64,000 bases of DNA from an uncultured virus (IMG/VR IMGVR_UViG_3300047673_000352) (IMGVR_UViG_3300047673_000352), one strand, 5' to 3'; positions 1-10,044 are shown, counted from the stretch's first letter. Made by a program: numbers and translations. Notes: generated by a model from the letters alone, not told the origin.

Positions 1-1
1 A

Positions 2-1027
2 GTATGGAGTTGTAACAGGCAAGGCAGCGCCGGGTGGCTTGGTCAGCGTGAACGCGGTCGTCGTGCCGTCGCCGGTCCCGAACTGCTGGGCATTGGCCGT
101 TGCCCAGTACCAACCGCCGCTCCACGTTAGAACACTACCGGTAGCAGGCGCGGTCGAGAAAACCACGGCACCGGTCGCCGGGTTCAACGTATAGTTGGCT
201 GCAGGAATCGCCACGCCGTTGGCGTACAGCGTTGCTCCGGTCACATTCTGCGTTGCCAGCGACGAGTCGGCAAGATAGAAGTATTTTTTGTTCGGGAAGT
301 CCCAAGCCGCGCCACCGTTGAAGATGTATGCAAGCATTTGGTTGATCCACTTCACGCGGCCATTCGATACAAGCGCGGCGTAACGCAGCTGACAGGCAAA
401 TCGAATTTCATTCAGCGACGCGACGGACGCAGAGCCACCGCCATAGAAGTTCGCGCCGACTTCGTAATAATCGTCGCTGTCGGAAGGATACAGATTGAAC
501 GTCTTCGTCGTTCCGTCGCCAACGCCAAATTTGCGCGGCGTTTGGACGACCAGCGTCTGCCCGGTGATCGGATTTTGGATTGATCCTGTCCAAGTCAGCG
601 GCGCATTCGCAATCGGAGCGGTGGAGAACGTGATCTGGCCAGCGGTCGCGTTGATTGTGTAGTTGGCTGGCGGAACCGTCACCGCGCTCGCTTGGATAGC
701 AGGTGAGCCGATGAAGGTGAATGGAAGAGTGTGACCGCCGCCGTCCTGATAGTTGCCGCGCGCTGCCCCGAAGGCCCAAGCGTTCGTCAGCGGCTCGAAG
801 TTGAATGCCGACAAAGGAAGGCCAAGAATGATACACCAGACGGCCAGGCCAAAGGCGTTCGCTGTGCGCAGATCAAACACGGTGGTGCGCCAGTTTTCCC
901 AGAACTGATCGTTGTACTTACCATACCACTGCGCTTTCTGATTGACCAGCGCCTGAATGTTCGGAGCGTTGTTCTGCATCCACTTCAGGGAGCGCGTCAA
1001 GTCGCCATTGTACGGAACCATTGTCAT
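2..1027 (-). CDS. Baseplate wedge protein (DUF2612-like), truncated by the window edge
   Basis: Hand-translated start MTMVPYNGDLTRSLKW...VFDLRTANAFGLAVWCIILG; ATG overlaps the stop of baseplate J; usual position after J. Confidence 0.75.
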   Translation of the reverse strand, partial: MTMVPYNGDLTRSLKWMQNNAPNIQALVNQKAQWYGKYNDQFWENWRTTVFDLRTANAFGLAVWCIILGLPLSAFNFEPLTNAWAFGAARGNYQDGGGHTLPFTFIGSPAIQASAVTVPPANYTINATAGQITFSTAPIANAPLTWTGSIQNPITGQTLVVQTPRKFGVGDGTTKTFNLYPSDSDDYYEVGANFYGGGSASVASLNEIRFACQLRYAALVSNGRVKWINQMLAYIFNGGAAWDFPNKKYFYLADSSLATQNVTGATLYANGVAIPAANYTLNPATGAVVFSTAPATGSVLTWSGGWYWATANAQQFGTGDGTTTAFTLTKPPGAALPVTTPY

Positions 1028-2286
1028 ACGAGGCTCACATTGATATTACCGATTGCCAGCTGGGCCTGCTGGTACGGCGCAATGACGAATTCGTAGGTGT
1101 AGCCAGACGGATACGAGGGCGCAGGCGAGCCAGCCGGAACACAAGCTACCATGCATGACTTAACGTACAGGCCAGGATACTGCCGCGCGATGCTGCCCGA
1201 TACTTCGAACGCCGAAACGTCCGCGCCCATCACGAAGCCCGGTTCATTCGACTCCAGGCCTTGCGCGTACGTCATGACCGCGCCCTGGATCGCGGCTGAA
1301 CCGGGCGATTGCGACGCCGACTGCTGCACGATCAAGTGGACATAGGTATCGTACAGAACCGGCGTGTTGTAGAGGACGACTTGCGGCAACCCGGTAGATG
1401 GGTCAGGCGTCGTTACGCCGTTGGGAGAATTCACCGGAACGCCCATGCCTGCTGCGCCGTAGTCCCAAGGGCAACCGCCGTTGTGCGCGGCGTAGAGTGC
1501 AGCCGCGACTGCCGATTGATCCGGCGTGCCCGCGACACAGACCCACATGCCAGTCGCTTTGGTGAACGTAATGCCGTTGACAACGCCCGGTGAGCCGGTG
1601 TTGTTCTCAACGACCATTGCTGACGTGACATTAGGTACTTCGAGCAGGTTGGCCATGATGGCCGCTGTGGACGCGGTGCCTTGAATGGCCAGCTGCGCGT
1701 TGCGCTTGTTCTTCAGTTGAGGGTCCGTGTTCTGGGTCGAGCCGGAAATTACCGTGGTGCCGACGACTGCATCTGCGCTGCCCCAGCCAATCGTTCCGTC
1801 CAGGATCGTCATGGTGCCTGTAGGGAATGCAAACGCACCGTACTCCTGCGACTGGAACGTGCCCGTGGTAACGCCGCCAACCGGAATCGTTACAGCGGTA
1901 ACGAGGGAGAAGATGTCGTTGTTGGGCGTCGAGATGCGCGAGCCTGCCGGAATTACGGTGTCAACGTCGCCGGTGATTTGCACGCCGCTCGCCACAGTCG
2001 ATTTGTTCGTGCCGCGCCCGATGCCGAGAAGGGCGCAAGTAGCATCCAAATACACGCCATAGGCGAGGTTTGGATTTTGCATATTGGCCAGTTCAGCGTT
2101 GTTCTTCATCACGCTGGTGCGTGCGGTCGTTTCGCTGGCGATGAGCGTGCCTTGCGGCGTGCTGGCGTCCGTGTTGAGGGTCGCGCCGAATGCGTTTTTC
2201 CATTCGGTTTCGACATCAGACAACAGGTCCGTCGTGTCGATGGCAATTGTGCCGGTCGATATGACGTATGTATAGGAAGCGCTCAC
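1024..2286 (-). CDS. Baseplate J-like wedge protein
   Basis: 420 aa; STPQGTLI, G.YLDA.CALLGI.R, IPAGS and VVENNT motifs typical of J-like proteins. Confidence 0.85.
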   Translation of the reverse strand: MSASYTYVISTGTIAIDTTDLLSDVETEWKNAFGATLNTDASTPQGTLIASETTARTSVMKNNAELANMQNPNLAYGVYLDATCALLGIGRGTNKSTVASGVQITGDVDTVIPAGSRISTPNNDIFSLVTAVTIPVGGVTTGTFQSQEYGAFAFPTGTMTILDGTIGWGSADAVVGTTVISGSTQNTDPQLKNKRNAQLAIQGTASTAAIMANLLEVPNVTSAMVVENNTGSPGVVNGITFTKATGMWVCVAGTPDQSAVAAALYAAHNGGCPWDYGAAGMGVPVNSPNGVTTPDPSTGLPQVVLYNTPVLYDTYVHLIVQQSASQSPGSAAIQGAVMTYAQGLESNEPGFVMGADVSAFEVSGSIARQYPGLYVKSCMVACVPAGSPAPSYPSGYTYEFVIAPYQQAQLAIGNINVSLV

Positions 2287-3059
2287 GAAATCATACCCCC
2301 AGAGGTTCTTGAGCCAGCACCGCTGCTGATGTGGCCGTGGCCAACGACGACTACGCCGCCGATGGTGGTGTTGCTAGGCAGGGTGACTGACGATGCGCCG
2401 CTGCCCGATGCGTTGAAGCCGCCGTTGACGGTCGTCGCGCCTGTGATCGTTGCGGTGCCGTCCACTTGCAGGTTGCGCTTAACTCGAATGTCTTGGCTGA
2501 ACGTCGCAAGAGGCGTTGTGACCAGGACTCCGGTCGGCGCTGTGATGTTTATTTGCCCTTCGCTGATCGCAATGCGCGTCGTGCCGTCCGTCGATTGAAT
2601 CACCATCGCTGCGCTGTCCGCGTCGTTAATGGTGTAGTTTCGGAAGACGTCAGGAATAAACCACGAATCGCTGAAGCTGTGTTTTCTGCCGGTATTCGGT
2701 ATCGCGGCTTTGAGCGTCTGCAGGAACAGGGAAAGGTCACGATCTGCGGCCAGAATCCAGCCCAAGTCGTCTTTCTTCAACGGGAAGCTGATGTGGAATC
2801 CGCCGCCGCCAAGCGACATCACCGGGACTTGTGCAATTTGGTTACGCATCCGGCTGTTATCGCTGGTGTCAACAAGCATGATCTGCGGCTGCACCGTCGC
2901 AATGTTCTTGTTCCGGTCAAAGTTGACGATCTTGGCCGGGATCAGCTTGTCAGTCTTCAGTCCGTGATGACCCAGCAGCGCGGCCAGAGCGGCAGGAAGC
3001 GAATCCGCCTCACCCGGCATCTGGTTGACTATCGGCTTGTTCTGGAGTCCTTCGGACAT
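2283..3059 (-). CDS. Baseplate central spike (gpV/gp138-like)
   Basis: N-terminal IPAKIV.FD...ATVQP, beta-rich C-terminus ending in an HxH metal motif (GHGH). Confidence 0.85.
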   Translation of the reverse strand: MSEGLQNKPIVNQMPGEADSLPAALAALLGHHGLKTDKLIPAKIVNFDRNKNIATVQPQIMLVDTSDNSRMRNQIAQVPVMSLGGGGFHISFPLKKDDLGWILAADRDLSLFLQTLKAAIPNTGRKHSFSDSWFIPDVFRNYTINDADSAAMVIQSTDGTTRIAISEGQINITAPTGVLVTTPLATFSQDIRVKRNLQVDGTATITGATTVNGGFNASGSGASSVTLPSNTTIGGVVVVGHGHISSGAGSRTSGGMIS

Positions 3060-3095
3060 GTGGCGTGACTAAGCAATCGTGTAATGAACAACGCG

Positions 3096-3116
3096 ATTGT
3101 AAGCGGCGCAGCGTGT
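3096..3116 (-). promoter_or_regulatory. Putative late promoter ACAC-N11-TACAAT
   Basis: Motif shared with other structural-gene upstream regions. Confidence 0.5.
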
Positions 3117-3129
3117 TCGGCCTACAGCA

Positions 3130-3645
3130 TCATCGCTTTGCGTTTTTGGTCGCTGCTTCCTGAGCGAGCGCGGCGTTGACGCCCTTTGCAACCATGACGT
3201 CAAACATTTTGAACGCGTCTTCGAGCGAGTAATACTCTTCCAACTCGCGCATCGACGCTACATCTTCTTGCAGCAATTGTGCAATGAGTGGATCGACATA
3301 CTTGGACTCGCGAGGCGCAACGCCGCTGGTAAATCGGGACGGTATTTTCACGCCCTTCCAATCGCTGACGAATCCAAAGCTGAACTCGTTGACGATCTTT
3401 AGGACGGCTTGCAAAACGAGTCTTGGAGCAACGATAAATGCCTTGTCCACCACGCACTCGTTGATGACGTCGCGCGAGTCGAGCGCGTGCCACTCGCCCT
3501 TCGCGCGGACGTACGTGTGGCGAAGATTGTCAGTTGGGTGGATGTGCGCTGCCTTCTCCATGATCACCAGCGCCGGTATCGCCGGAAACTGCGTGGTCTT
3601 ATACTCCACGCCGAAGAGGTCAAAGTTCTTTGTTTTGGTGGCCAT
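3130..3645 (-). CDS. Putative tail assembly chaperone, long form
   Basis: N-terminal part resembles 6697-7104; C-terminal ELEEYYSLEDAFKMFD motif. Confidence 0.5.
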   Translation of the reverse strand: MATKTKNFDLFGVEYKTTQFPAIPALVIMEKAAHIHPTDNLRHTYVRAKGEWHALDSRDVINECVVDKAFIVAPRLVLQAVLKIVNEFSFGFVSDWKGVKIPSRFTSGVAPRESKYVDPLIAQLLQEDVASMRELEEYYSLEDAFKMFDVMVAKGVNAALAQEAATKNAKR

Positions 3646-3646
3646 A

Positions 3647-4525
3647 TTAAGCTGAAGGGTTTGCGCTCGCCTTGACGTAAAACGGTATCTCGCGGCTGGT
3701 CAAATCGTACTCCAGCGACGATATAACGAAGGTCTGGTTGAGGCTAGGATTCATCTTAGATTCCAGCGTTGCCGCGCCTGCCAGCGTGATATTGGGATCG
3801 AAGAGCGTCATGAAGTCAACGCCCCATTCAGTCCACAGCGGCGTGCCAATAAACTCCTTCACAGTCACAACTTGCGCAGTCGAAATTACCTTGTTCACGT
3901 CCTTGACGTACAGCACATTGTTGTCGATGAACGCCGCGACGTTGGGCTTGTAGGCATCCTGTATGTTGACCAGAAGCTCTGCGACCAAATGCGTGCTCGC
4001 GAACATATTTGAAATCGGAACGCTGTCGCTGGACGTTTCGCAGACGACACTGCTCACTCCCATTTGCTTTCCGGCCCACTGAACATATTCCTTGAATGTT
4101 GCCTTGATTGGTGCCGGTTCGGTGATCCAGTTGAGCTTGTTCAGCTGCTGTGAATAGCACTCGATTCGCACTCCGATGTTTGGCGGTCCGTTGAAAGGCG
4201 ACACGAGCGCCACTTGGCCGCTGAAGATCGTCGTCGCAGTGTTCTTGCCTTGGTCATAATATCCAGCCTGTATCAGTACGTTGATGTAGCTTGCCGTGTA
4301 TCCTGGTTGACCGGTCTCCAAGTTGCGCTTGTTCCACGCCGTGAACTGCGACAGCAACCTTTCTCGAAGGTTTTGGGACAGGTTGAATACGTCGATGCTG
4401 CAGGTGTTCTGGATTGCTAAGGCGTCCTTTCGGATGCGCACGTGCATCTCCAGGGACTGGTCCAGGAGGACCGTTCCATTGGGCATGGCCAGTGAGACGT
4501 TAAGAACGCGGGTTCCCAGAGGCAT
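3647..4525 (-). CDS. Baseplate hub protein
   Basis: NTCSIDVFNL...IQAGY...IFSGQV motifs; lies between tape measure and spike genes. Confidence 0.75.
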   Translation of the reverse strand: MPLGTRVLNVSLAMPNGTVLLDQSLEMHVRIRKDALAIQNTCSIDVFNLSQNLRERLLSQFTAWNKRNLETGQPGYTASYINVLIQAGYYDQGKNTATTIFSGQVALVSPFNGPPNIGVRIECYSQQLNKLNWITEPAPIKATFKEYVQWAGKQMGVSSVVCETSSDSVPISNMFASTHLVAELLVNIQDAYKPNVAAFIDNNVLYVKDVNKVISTAQVVTVKEFIGTPLWTEWGVDFMTLFDPNITLAGAATLESKMNPSLNQTFVISSLEYDLTSREIPFYVKASANPSA

Positions 4526-6690
4526 TATCGTTTGATCCCGTTCGAACTGTTCACGAGAAGGTCATTCATCGCCTTCTTGAACTGGTTGTTGACCTCTGCG
4601 GCAACCGCCTTCGGATCGGTCGCGCCGTTCACGTTGATGATGATCGGCGTTTCTCCGATGGTACGCGACTGCCCGCCTGGCGCTTGCCGGTTGACGATGT
4701 CCGACGAGTACTGCTTCAGCAGGTCCAAGCCGCGTGACTGGTCGCGCAACTCCATCTGCAGCTTTGCATACGTTTGCGCCGGAAGACCAGCAACGGAAAG
4801 TTGTTGCTGCAGGCTCGTGATGTTGTTCGAGACACCTGCTTGCATCTGCCGCGCTGCCCAGCCCGCGTCACCTTGCGTCACGCCACCGCGTTGGATTTGG
4901 TCGAGCGGAACGTGCAGCCAATCTGCGATAGCCTGCTGAACGGAGCGGGTGCGCATCTTCTCTTTGCTCTCGCCCATACCGCCGACACCGCCACCGTAGT
5001 ACTTCTGAATCTTGGACAGATAAGCAGGATCGGAATTGCCGTTGTATCCGCGCAGTGCGGCTGACTCGTTGCCCTTGTTGCGCTTCAGGAAGTCTGCGTA
5101 AATCCGCGCGCCGACTTCGATGTTGGCCGCAGGGTCCATGACGTCGCGACCAGCGCCGTATGCCTTCCAGTTCCCCTTGGTGACCTGCATCAAGCCGCCA
5201 GCGCCCGTTTCGCTGTACTTGCCATTCACGCCGCTCGATTCGGCCATCATAATGGCGTGCACCATCTGCGGGTCCAAACCGTATTTATCCGATGCCGACT
5301 TAATCTGCTTCGCGTACGGGTTGCTGTACCAATTACCCGCGCCGCCGCCCGTAAAACCACCAGGGTTGGCTCCGCTCGATCCTGGCAGGCCAGCGGCTTT
5401 CCCAATCTCACCGGCCCAAGCTGCCCACGCCTGCTGGATATTGACCGCAGACGAGAACGATTGGACGGCGCTGGCGAACATATTGATTGCGAGCGCCATT
5501 TGGTTGGCGGTCTGGATGCCTTGCTTGCTGACGTCATCGAGCTTATTCACAGCCGCGTCGCGCTTGTCCTGTTCGGCCTTGGCGTTCTGCTTTTTGCTGT
5601 CCTCTTCGGTCTTTTTGCCCTTCGTCGCGTCCAATCCGAATACGCTCATCAGCCCATCAAGCAGGCCCAGGTTCGTTCCGCCACCCTTCTTGAACGCGTC
5701 ACCGGTGAACAGGCTGAGCGCGCTGTTCAACAGTCCACCGCGCCAGGCACCGGCCTTCTTTGTATCACCAACGCCGCTGACCGCTTCGATGCGGTCTCCG
5801 GTCTGCTTGGCCGTCTTCGGAATTGCATCGGCCAGCGCCTTCATCACTTCGACCAGCTTCGACAGCAGCGGCAAAAGCGGTTCTGCGAGTTCGTTGGATA
5901 CTTCGGTGAACTTCTCTTTCAGCTGCGCAAGCTGATCGTTGAACTTGGAGAGGCTTTGTTCAGACTGCGTACGTTTCTGAATTTCGTCGCTCGTCATCTC
6001 CGTTATTTTGCCAATCTCAGGTCCGAGCTTCTGGACCGTCAACAACCAGTCTTGGCTCATACCGGTCGCCTTGGCAATCCCCTGAACGTCGCCTTTCGAC
6101 TTGCCCTGCAGGCCTTGTGCCAGCTGGGTCAACTCGTCGTTCAGGCCGGTCGGAGCGCCGCCGCGTGCGCCGACATCAACGCCCAGGTAGTTGCGCATGA
6201 TCCGCGCCTCACGGCCCAGTCTCGAAGGGTCCGCGTAGGCGGCGTTGGCCATGCCGGAGAATGTCTTAATCCCTTCAGCCGCAGCATCGCGGGTAAGGTA
6301 TCCGCCAGAGCCTTTAACGAACTTCCGTTGGTACTCTTCCATGCGGATTCCGCTGATGCCCAGCTGCATCCCTTCTGATCGCTGCTGGTTGTACTGCTCG
6401 CGGAGATTCATTACCATCTTCACGCCGACTGCGAGCGCGGATACTGCCGCTGCCGCTGCCGCGAATTCCGCGCCCATCACCTTGACGGCAGAAGAGACAG
6501 CGGATACGCCTGGAACAAGTCTGCCGAGTTCAGTGGAAACGTCAGATGCAAATTGCTTCGCTTGTCCACCACTCTTCTTCGCAGCTGCGCCAACTCCGCT
6601 CATCTTATCATTGAGCTTTTCGAGTCGCGCAATCGAGTCCTTCAGTTCTACGTTGTACTGAAGAACAAATTTGTCCAGATCGTCCGCCAT
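4525..6690 (-). CDS. Tape measure protein with lytic transglycosylase (SLT) domain
   Basis: Ala/Gly-rich helical 721 aa; YGLDP...AIMMAESS...GAGGLMQV...NIEVGA...YNG SLT motifs. Confidence 0.9.
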   Translation of the reverse strand: MADDLDKFVLQYNVELKDSIARLEKLNDKMSGVGAAAKKSGGQAKQFASDVSTELGRLVPGVSAVSSAVKVMGAEFAAAAAAVSALAVGVKMVMNLREQYNQQRSEGMQLGISGIRMEEYQRKFVKGSGGYLTRDAAAEGIKTFSGMANAAYADPSRLGREARIMRNYLGVDVGARGGAPTGLNDELTQLAQGLQGKSKGDVQGIAKATGMSQDWLLTVQKLGPEIGKITEMTSDEIQKRTQSEQSLSKFNDQLAQLKEKFTEVSNELAEPLLPLLSKLVEVMKALADAIPKTAKQTGDRIEAVSGVGDTKKAGAWRGGLLNSALSLFTGDAFKKGGGTNLGLLDGLMSVFGLDATKGKKTEEDSKKQNAKAEQDKRDAAVNKLDDVSKQGIQTANQMALAINMFASAVQSFSSAVNIQQAWAAWAGEIGKAAGLPGSSGANPGGFTGGGAGNWYSNPYAKQIKSASDKYGLDPQMVHAIMMAESSGVNGKYSETGAGGLMQVTKGNWKAYGAGRDVMDPAANIEVGARIYADFLKRNKGNESAALRGYNGNSDPAYLSKIQKYYGGGVGGMGESKEKMRTRSVQQAIADWLHVPLDQIQRGGVTQGDAGWAARQMQAGVSNNITSLQQQLSVAGLPAQTYAKLQMELRDQSRGLDLLKQYSSDIVNRQAPGGQSRTIGETPIIINVNGATDPKAVAAEVNNQFKKAMNDLLVNSSNGIKR

Positions 6691-6696
6691 GCGGTG

Positions 6697-7104
6697 TTAC
6701 TCCTGAATTTTTTGGAAGGCAGGACCGAGCAACAGTGATACTTCGGCAATGAATGCCGTTGCCATCTCGTTTCCGGCCTTCGCCCAGTAGTGCGGCTGGT
6801 CGGCGTGCGTCTTCGGGTCGATGCCGTTTTGCAGCAGAACCTCTTCGAAGACCTTCTGGACGTTCTGCCACGAACCCAGATGATTGTCGATCAGCGCGTC
6901 AGTGGCCAGCGGCAACTCGCGGTCGGCAATCAGCACCTTTGCATATGCCAGCACTTCGAGCGTGTAGGCACGGCGCAGTTCTTTATCGGAGCTTGCCGCG
7001 AACTCGATGAAACGTTGTTGGATGTCCCAGCCGTCGAGTGCCGGAATTTGGCCAATGGAAACGGTCTTAACCTCTCCACCTGGCATTGAAATTTCGATGT
7101 TCAT
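6697..7104 (-). CDS. Tail assembly chaperone
   Basis: 135 aa immediately upstream of the tape measure gene. Confidence 0.6.
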   Translation of the reverse strand: MNIEISMPGGEVKTVSIGQIPALDGWDIQQRFIEFAASSDKELRRAYTLEVLAYAKVLIADRELPLATDALIDNHLGSWQNVQKVFEEVLLQNGIDPKTHADQPHYWAKAGNEMATAFIAEVSLLLGPAFQKIQE

Positions 7105-7135
7105 CGTTGTGATAGAAGGAAGTCAAGGACGGCTA

Positions 7136-7159
7136 ATTATGACTTCCTTCTGTGTCCTA
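7136..7159 (-). promoter_or_regulatory. Putative late promoter TAGGACAC-N10-CATAAT
   Basis: Same boxes and spacing as 20527-20550. Confidence 0.6.
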
Positions 7160-7170
7160 ACTGACTCAGG

Positions 7171-7485
7171 CTAGGAATCGAATCCAGGCGGAATTGGGAT
7201 TGACGCGTTCGCCAAGCAATGGCCTTTGCCAAAGAAAAAGTCAATGACCTTGGCCGCGATCTTTGCCCATTTCGCGCCTTCAATCAGCGCGTTGCCGGTG
7301 CGCTCTGACATCGTTTGCGGAAGTTTGCCGCCGAACAGCGCGTTGCCGCATGCGTCCTGTGCAATGGCCATAGATTTGGCGCGCTCTTCGGAGCCGAAGA
7401 GCGCCTGGCAGAACATGGCAACAGACAAGACCGGCATGAAGATCGTGCACAACAGCCAGAGAAGGAGAAGTTGGATTCTGCTCAT
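7171..7485 (-). CDS. Small membrane protein next to the fibre module
   Basis: Hydrophobic N-terminus; follows the fibre chaperone gene. Confidence 0.6.
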   Translation of the reverse strand: MSRIQLLLLWLLCTIFMPVLSVAMFCQALFGSEERAKSMAIAQDACGNALFGGKLPQTMSERTGNALIEGAKWAKIAAKVIDFFFGKGHCLANASIPIPPGFDS

Positions 7486-7489
7486 TACG

Positions 7490-8047
7490 TCACCATTTGA
7501 TGGATTGAACTTGCTCGATGGTCGTCGCGGCCATCACCTGAGCTTGCAGCTGCTCGTTCTTTGCTTGGCAAGAGAGAATCTGGGCCTTTATGTCTTGGCC
7601 AACTTTCTGGATCTGATTTGCCGTGTGGTAGACGTATGACCAATTTCCGTTCACATCAGCGCACCAAAACGGCGTGACCCAAGTCGATACGATGCCCGGA
7701 ATCAACGACGCGACGACTGAAGAGTTCAGGTTCTGCTGATCGGTCAGCTTGGTCGGATAGGTGCGAGTTTGGCCAGTGGCGCTCGAAGGGAATCCGCCGA
7801 CTATCTCTGCTTGACAGGCGGCACTGAGGGCCGCGCGCTGATCCGTTTTTGCGTCGTCAAGCGTGTATTGCGGAACAACAGGCGGATTTGGGTCCACGAA
7901 CTTCGCGCCATCGTAGAGCCATCCGATGTGCGCGAGTCCATCGTGCGCGATTACCGTGGTTCCTTCTGGCCACTCAACAGGCGCAACGCCGTCCCAGAGG
8001 ACCAGATTGACAACCACTCCATTTTGAATAAGTGCGTATGTGCTCAT
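7490..8047 (-). CDS. Fibre assembly chaperone (DUF4376-like)
   Basis: YALIQNGVVVN N-terminus; YPTKLTDQQNL...FWCAD..G.W...HTA.QI..VG. Confidence 0.75.
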   Translation of the reverse strand: MSTYALIQNGVVVNLVLWDGVAPVEWPEGTTVIAHDGLAHIGWLYDGAKFVDPNPPVVPQYTLDDAKTDQRAALSAACQAEIVGGFPSSATGQTRTYPTKLTDQQNLNSSVVASLIPGIVSTWVTPFWCADVNGNWSYVYHTANQIQKVGQDIKAQILSCQAKNEQLQAQVMAATTIEQVQSIKW

Positions 8048-10044
8048 TATGCGTACTCATAGACGATGATTTTACCAGGCCCGCCCGCAACCCCTGGGAT
8101 CGCACCGGTGCCACCGCCAGAGCCAGTACCCGCACCGCCCCAACCGGCTCCAGGCATAAGCGCAAAATTCGTAGGCGACGCCAAGATCATCCCCTGGCTA
8201 ATGATCACCCACGATCCAGTCAAGGTAGGTCCGCTCGAATTCAGAATGTTGCCGCCAGACGCGCTGCCGCCAGAACCAGAGAAGGATGCCGTTGCGCTGG
8301 TCGTCTGAGCGCCACTTGACCCGCCGCCGCCGCCTGCCGTGCAACCGCCGAATGTCGTGCTGCCGCCTGCTCCACCAGGAGCGCCGCCGCCAGACACGCC
8401 AGCGGCACCCGCTGCGCCGACCGTGTACGAGATGCCAGAGAATCCGCTGGTCATCCTGTGCCGAACGTATCCGCCCGCGCCGCCAGTGCCGGAAACACCA
8501 GCTTGTGATGCTGTGTTAGCTGGGAGGCCAGCGGAACCGCCGCCGCCGCCTTGCAGTTCAACGATGATGCTGTTTGTGCCTGCAGTCGGCGTGTACGTTC
8601 CACTGCTCGTAAGAACTTGAATGCCAATCAGCCGTCCTGGGATGCCAGTCAACGTTCCGGTCGCGCTCAGATTCGTGAACGCACCAGCGGCAGGCGTTGT
8701 TTGTCCAATCGGCGTGTTGTCCAGAGATGGAATCGAGAACGATCCAACCGTCAGCGTGCCGGTGATGTTGGCATTGCCGCCTACGTTAAGCGCGCCGCCT
8801 ACGCCTACGCCGCCTGCTACAACCAGCGCCCCGGTCGTTTTGGACGTGGAAGCGGTCGCAGAGTTCATCGCGACGTTGCCGCCAACCGTGAGCGCGCCGC
8901 TGACGTTCGCCAAGCCACTCGTGTACAGCGCACCGGTGATGCCGACTCCGCCAGCGACTACCAACGCACCGGTAATCGGACTCGTGGAAGCAGTCGCATT
9001 GTTGACCGTAGTTACACCGGTTATCGTCGCGGCACCGCCGACATTGATTGCGCCCGCGACGCCAACGCCGCCCGATACGACGAGAGCGCCGGTGGTGGCC
9101 GTGGTGCTTGCCGTAGTGTTCGTTACGGACGTTGCGCCCTGCAAGGTACTCGCGCCTGCAACGTTGAGAACGGACCCAACCCAGAGGCTTTTAGCGATGC
9201 CCACGCCGCCCGATACTTTCACAGCGCCGGTTGACGTGCTTGTCGAGTCGGTTGCGTTTGTCCAACTGATCGCGCCAGCGGCTGTGATCGTACCGCCCAC
9301 GTTCAGCGCGCCGCCGATGCCGACTCCGCCAGTGACGACCAGCGCGCCGGTCGTCGTGCTGGACGAGGTTGTGGCGTTGGAAACTGTCGTAATGCCCTGT
9401 AGCGTGGCCGCGCCAGCAACGTTGGCAGTCCCGCCAATCCAGACGTTTTGAGCCACGCCTACGCCACCGGCAACAGTCAGCGCGCCAGTGCTGGTGCTGG
9501 TGCTCGCCGTGGCATTGGAAACGTTGACTTGGCCGGATTGCGTGACTGTTCCGGATACATTAAGCGCACCGCCGACATACAGGGCACCAGCGACACCGAC
9601 GCCACCAGCAACGACAAGCGCGCCGGTCGTCGTGGACGTTGAAGCGGTCGTTGCGTTCGCGGCAATCTGCCCTGCCGCTGTGACGCCACCGGCGACGCCT
9701 ACGGAACCGCCAACGTTCACGCTGCCGGCAATCCCTGCCCCGCCCGCTACAACCAGCGCGCCGGTCGTCGTGGAAGTGGAAGCGGTCGTTGCGGTCGTCG
9801 TGATCGCGCCGCCTGCCGTGATGGACATGCCGACTTGAAGGCTCTTCGCGATCCCTGCCCCGCCAGCGACGGTAAGCGCGCCGGTTCCGGGTGATGTTGA
9901 ATCGGTCCCGCCCGTCACATAGACGAACGTGACGCCCTGAATCGTACCGCCAGTGATCGCAACGTTGCTGTTGTCTGCCTTTTCGGCAAACGACGCGTTC
10001 AGATCATCGGCTTTGAGTACCTCGCCTGCTGTGTAGTCGCTCAC
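8047..10044 (-). CDS. Repetitive fibre protein with glycine-rich C-terminal domain
   Basis: Nine STSxxTGALxVxGGxG-type repeats, DNTPIGQTTP linker, Gly-rich domain ending GKIIVYEY. Confidence 0.75.
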   Translation of the reverse strand: MSDYTAGEVLKADDLNASFAEKADNSNVAITGGTIQGVTFVYVTGGTDSTSPGTGALTVAGGAGIAKSLQVGMSITAGGAITTTATTASTSTTTGALVVAGGAGIAGSVNVGGSVGVAGGVTAAGQIAANATTASTSTTTGALVVAGGVGVAGALYVGGALNVSGTVTQSGQVNVSNATASTSTSTGALTVAGGVGVAQNVWIGGTANVAGAATLQGITTVSNATTSSSTTTGALVVTGGVGIGGALNVGGTITAAGAISWTNATDSTSTSTGAVKVSGGVGIAKSLWVGSVLNVAGASTLQGATSVTNTTASTTATTGALVVSGGVGVAGAINVGGAATITGVTTVNNATASTSPITGALVVAGGVGITGALYTSGLANVSGALTVGGNVAMNSATASTSKTTGALVVAGGVGVGGALNVGGNANITGTLTVGSFSIPSLDNTPIGQTTPAAGAFTNLSATGTLTGIPGRLIGIQVLTSSGTYTPTAGTNSIIVELQGGGGGSAGLPANTASQAGVSGTGGAGGYVRHRMTSGFSGISYTVGAAGAAGVSGGGAPGGAGGSTTFGGCTAGGGGGSSGAQTTSATASFSGSGGSASGGNILNSSGPTLTGSWVIISQGMILASPTNFALMPGAGWGGAGTGSGGGTGAIPGVAGGPGKIIVYEYA

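Noticed and set aside
6608..6871. Frameshift extension of the tail chaperone
   Set aside because: This ORF overlaps both the chaperone and the tape measure start, looks non-coding, and no convincing slippery site was identified.
8621..9838. Long plus-strand ORFs opposite the fibre gene, and similar antisense ORFs at 13814-15310, 18225-20111 and 62394-63686
   Set aside because: Shadow frames of GC-rich or repetitive genes that are better supported on the other strand.
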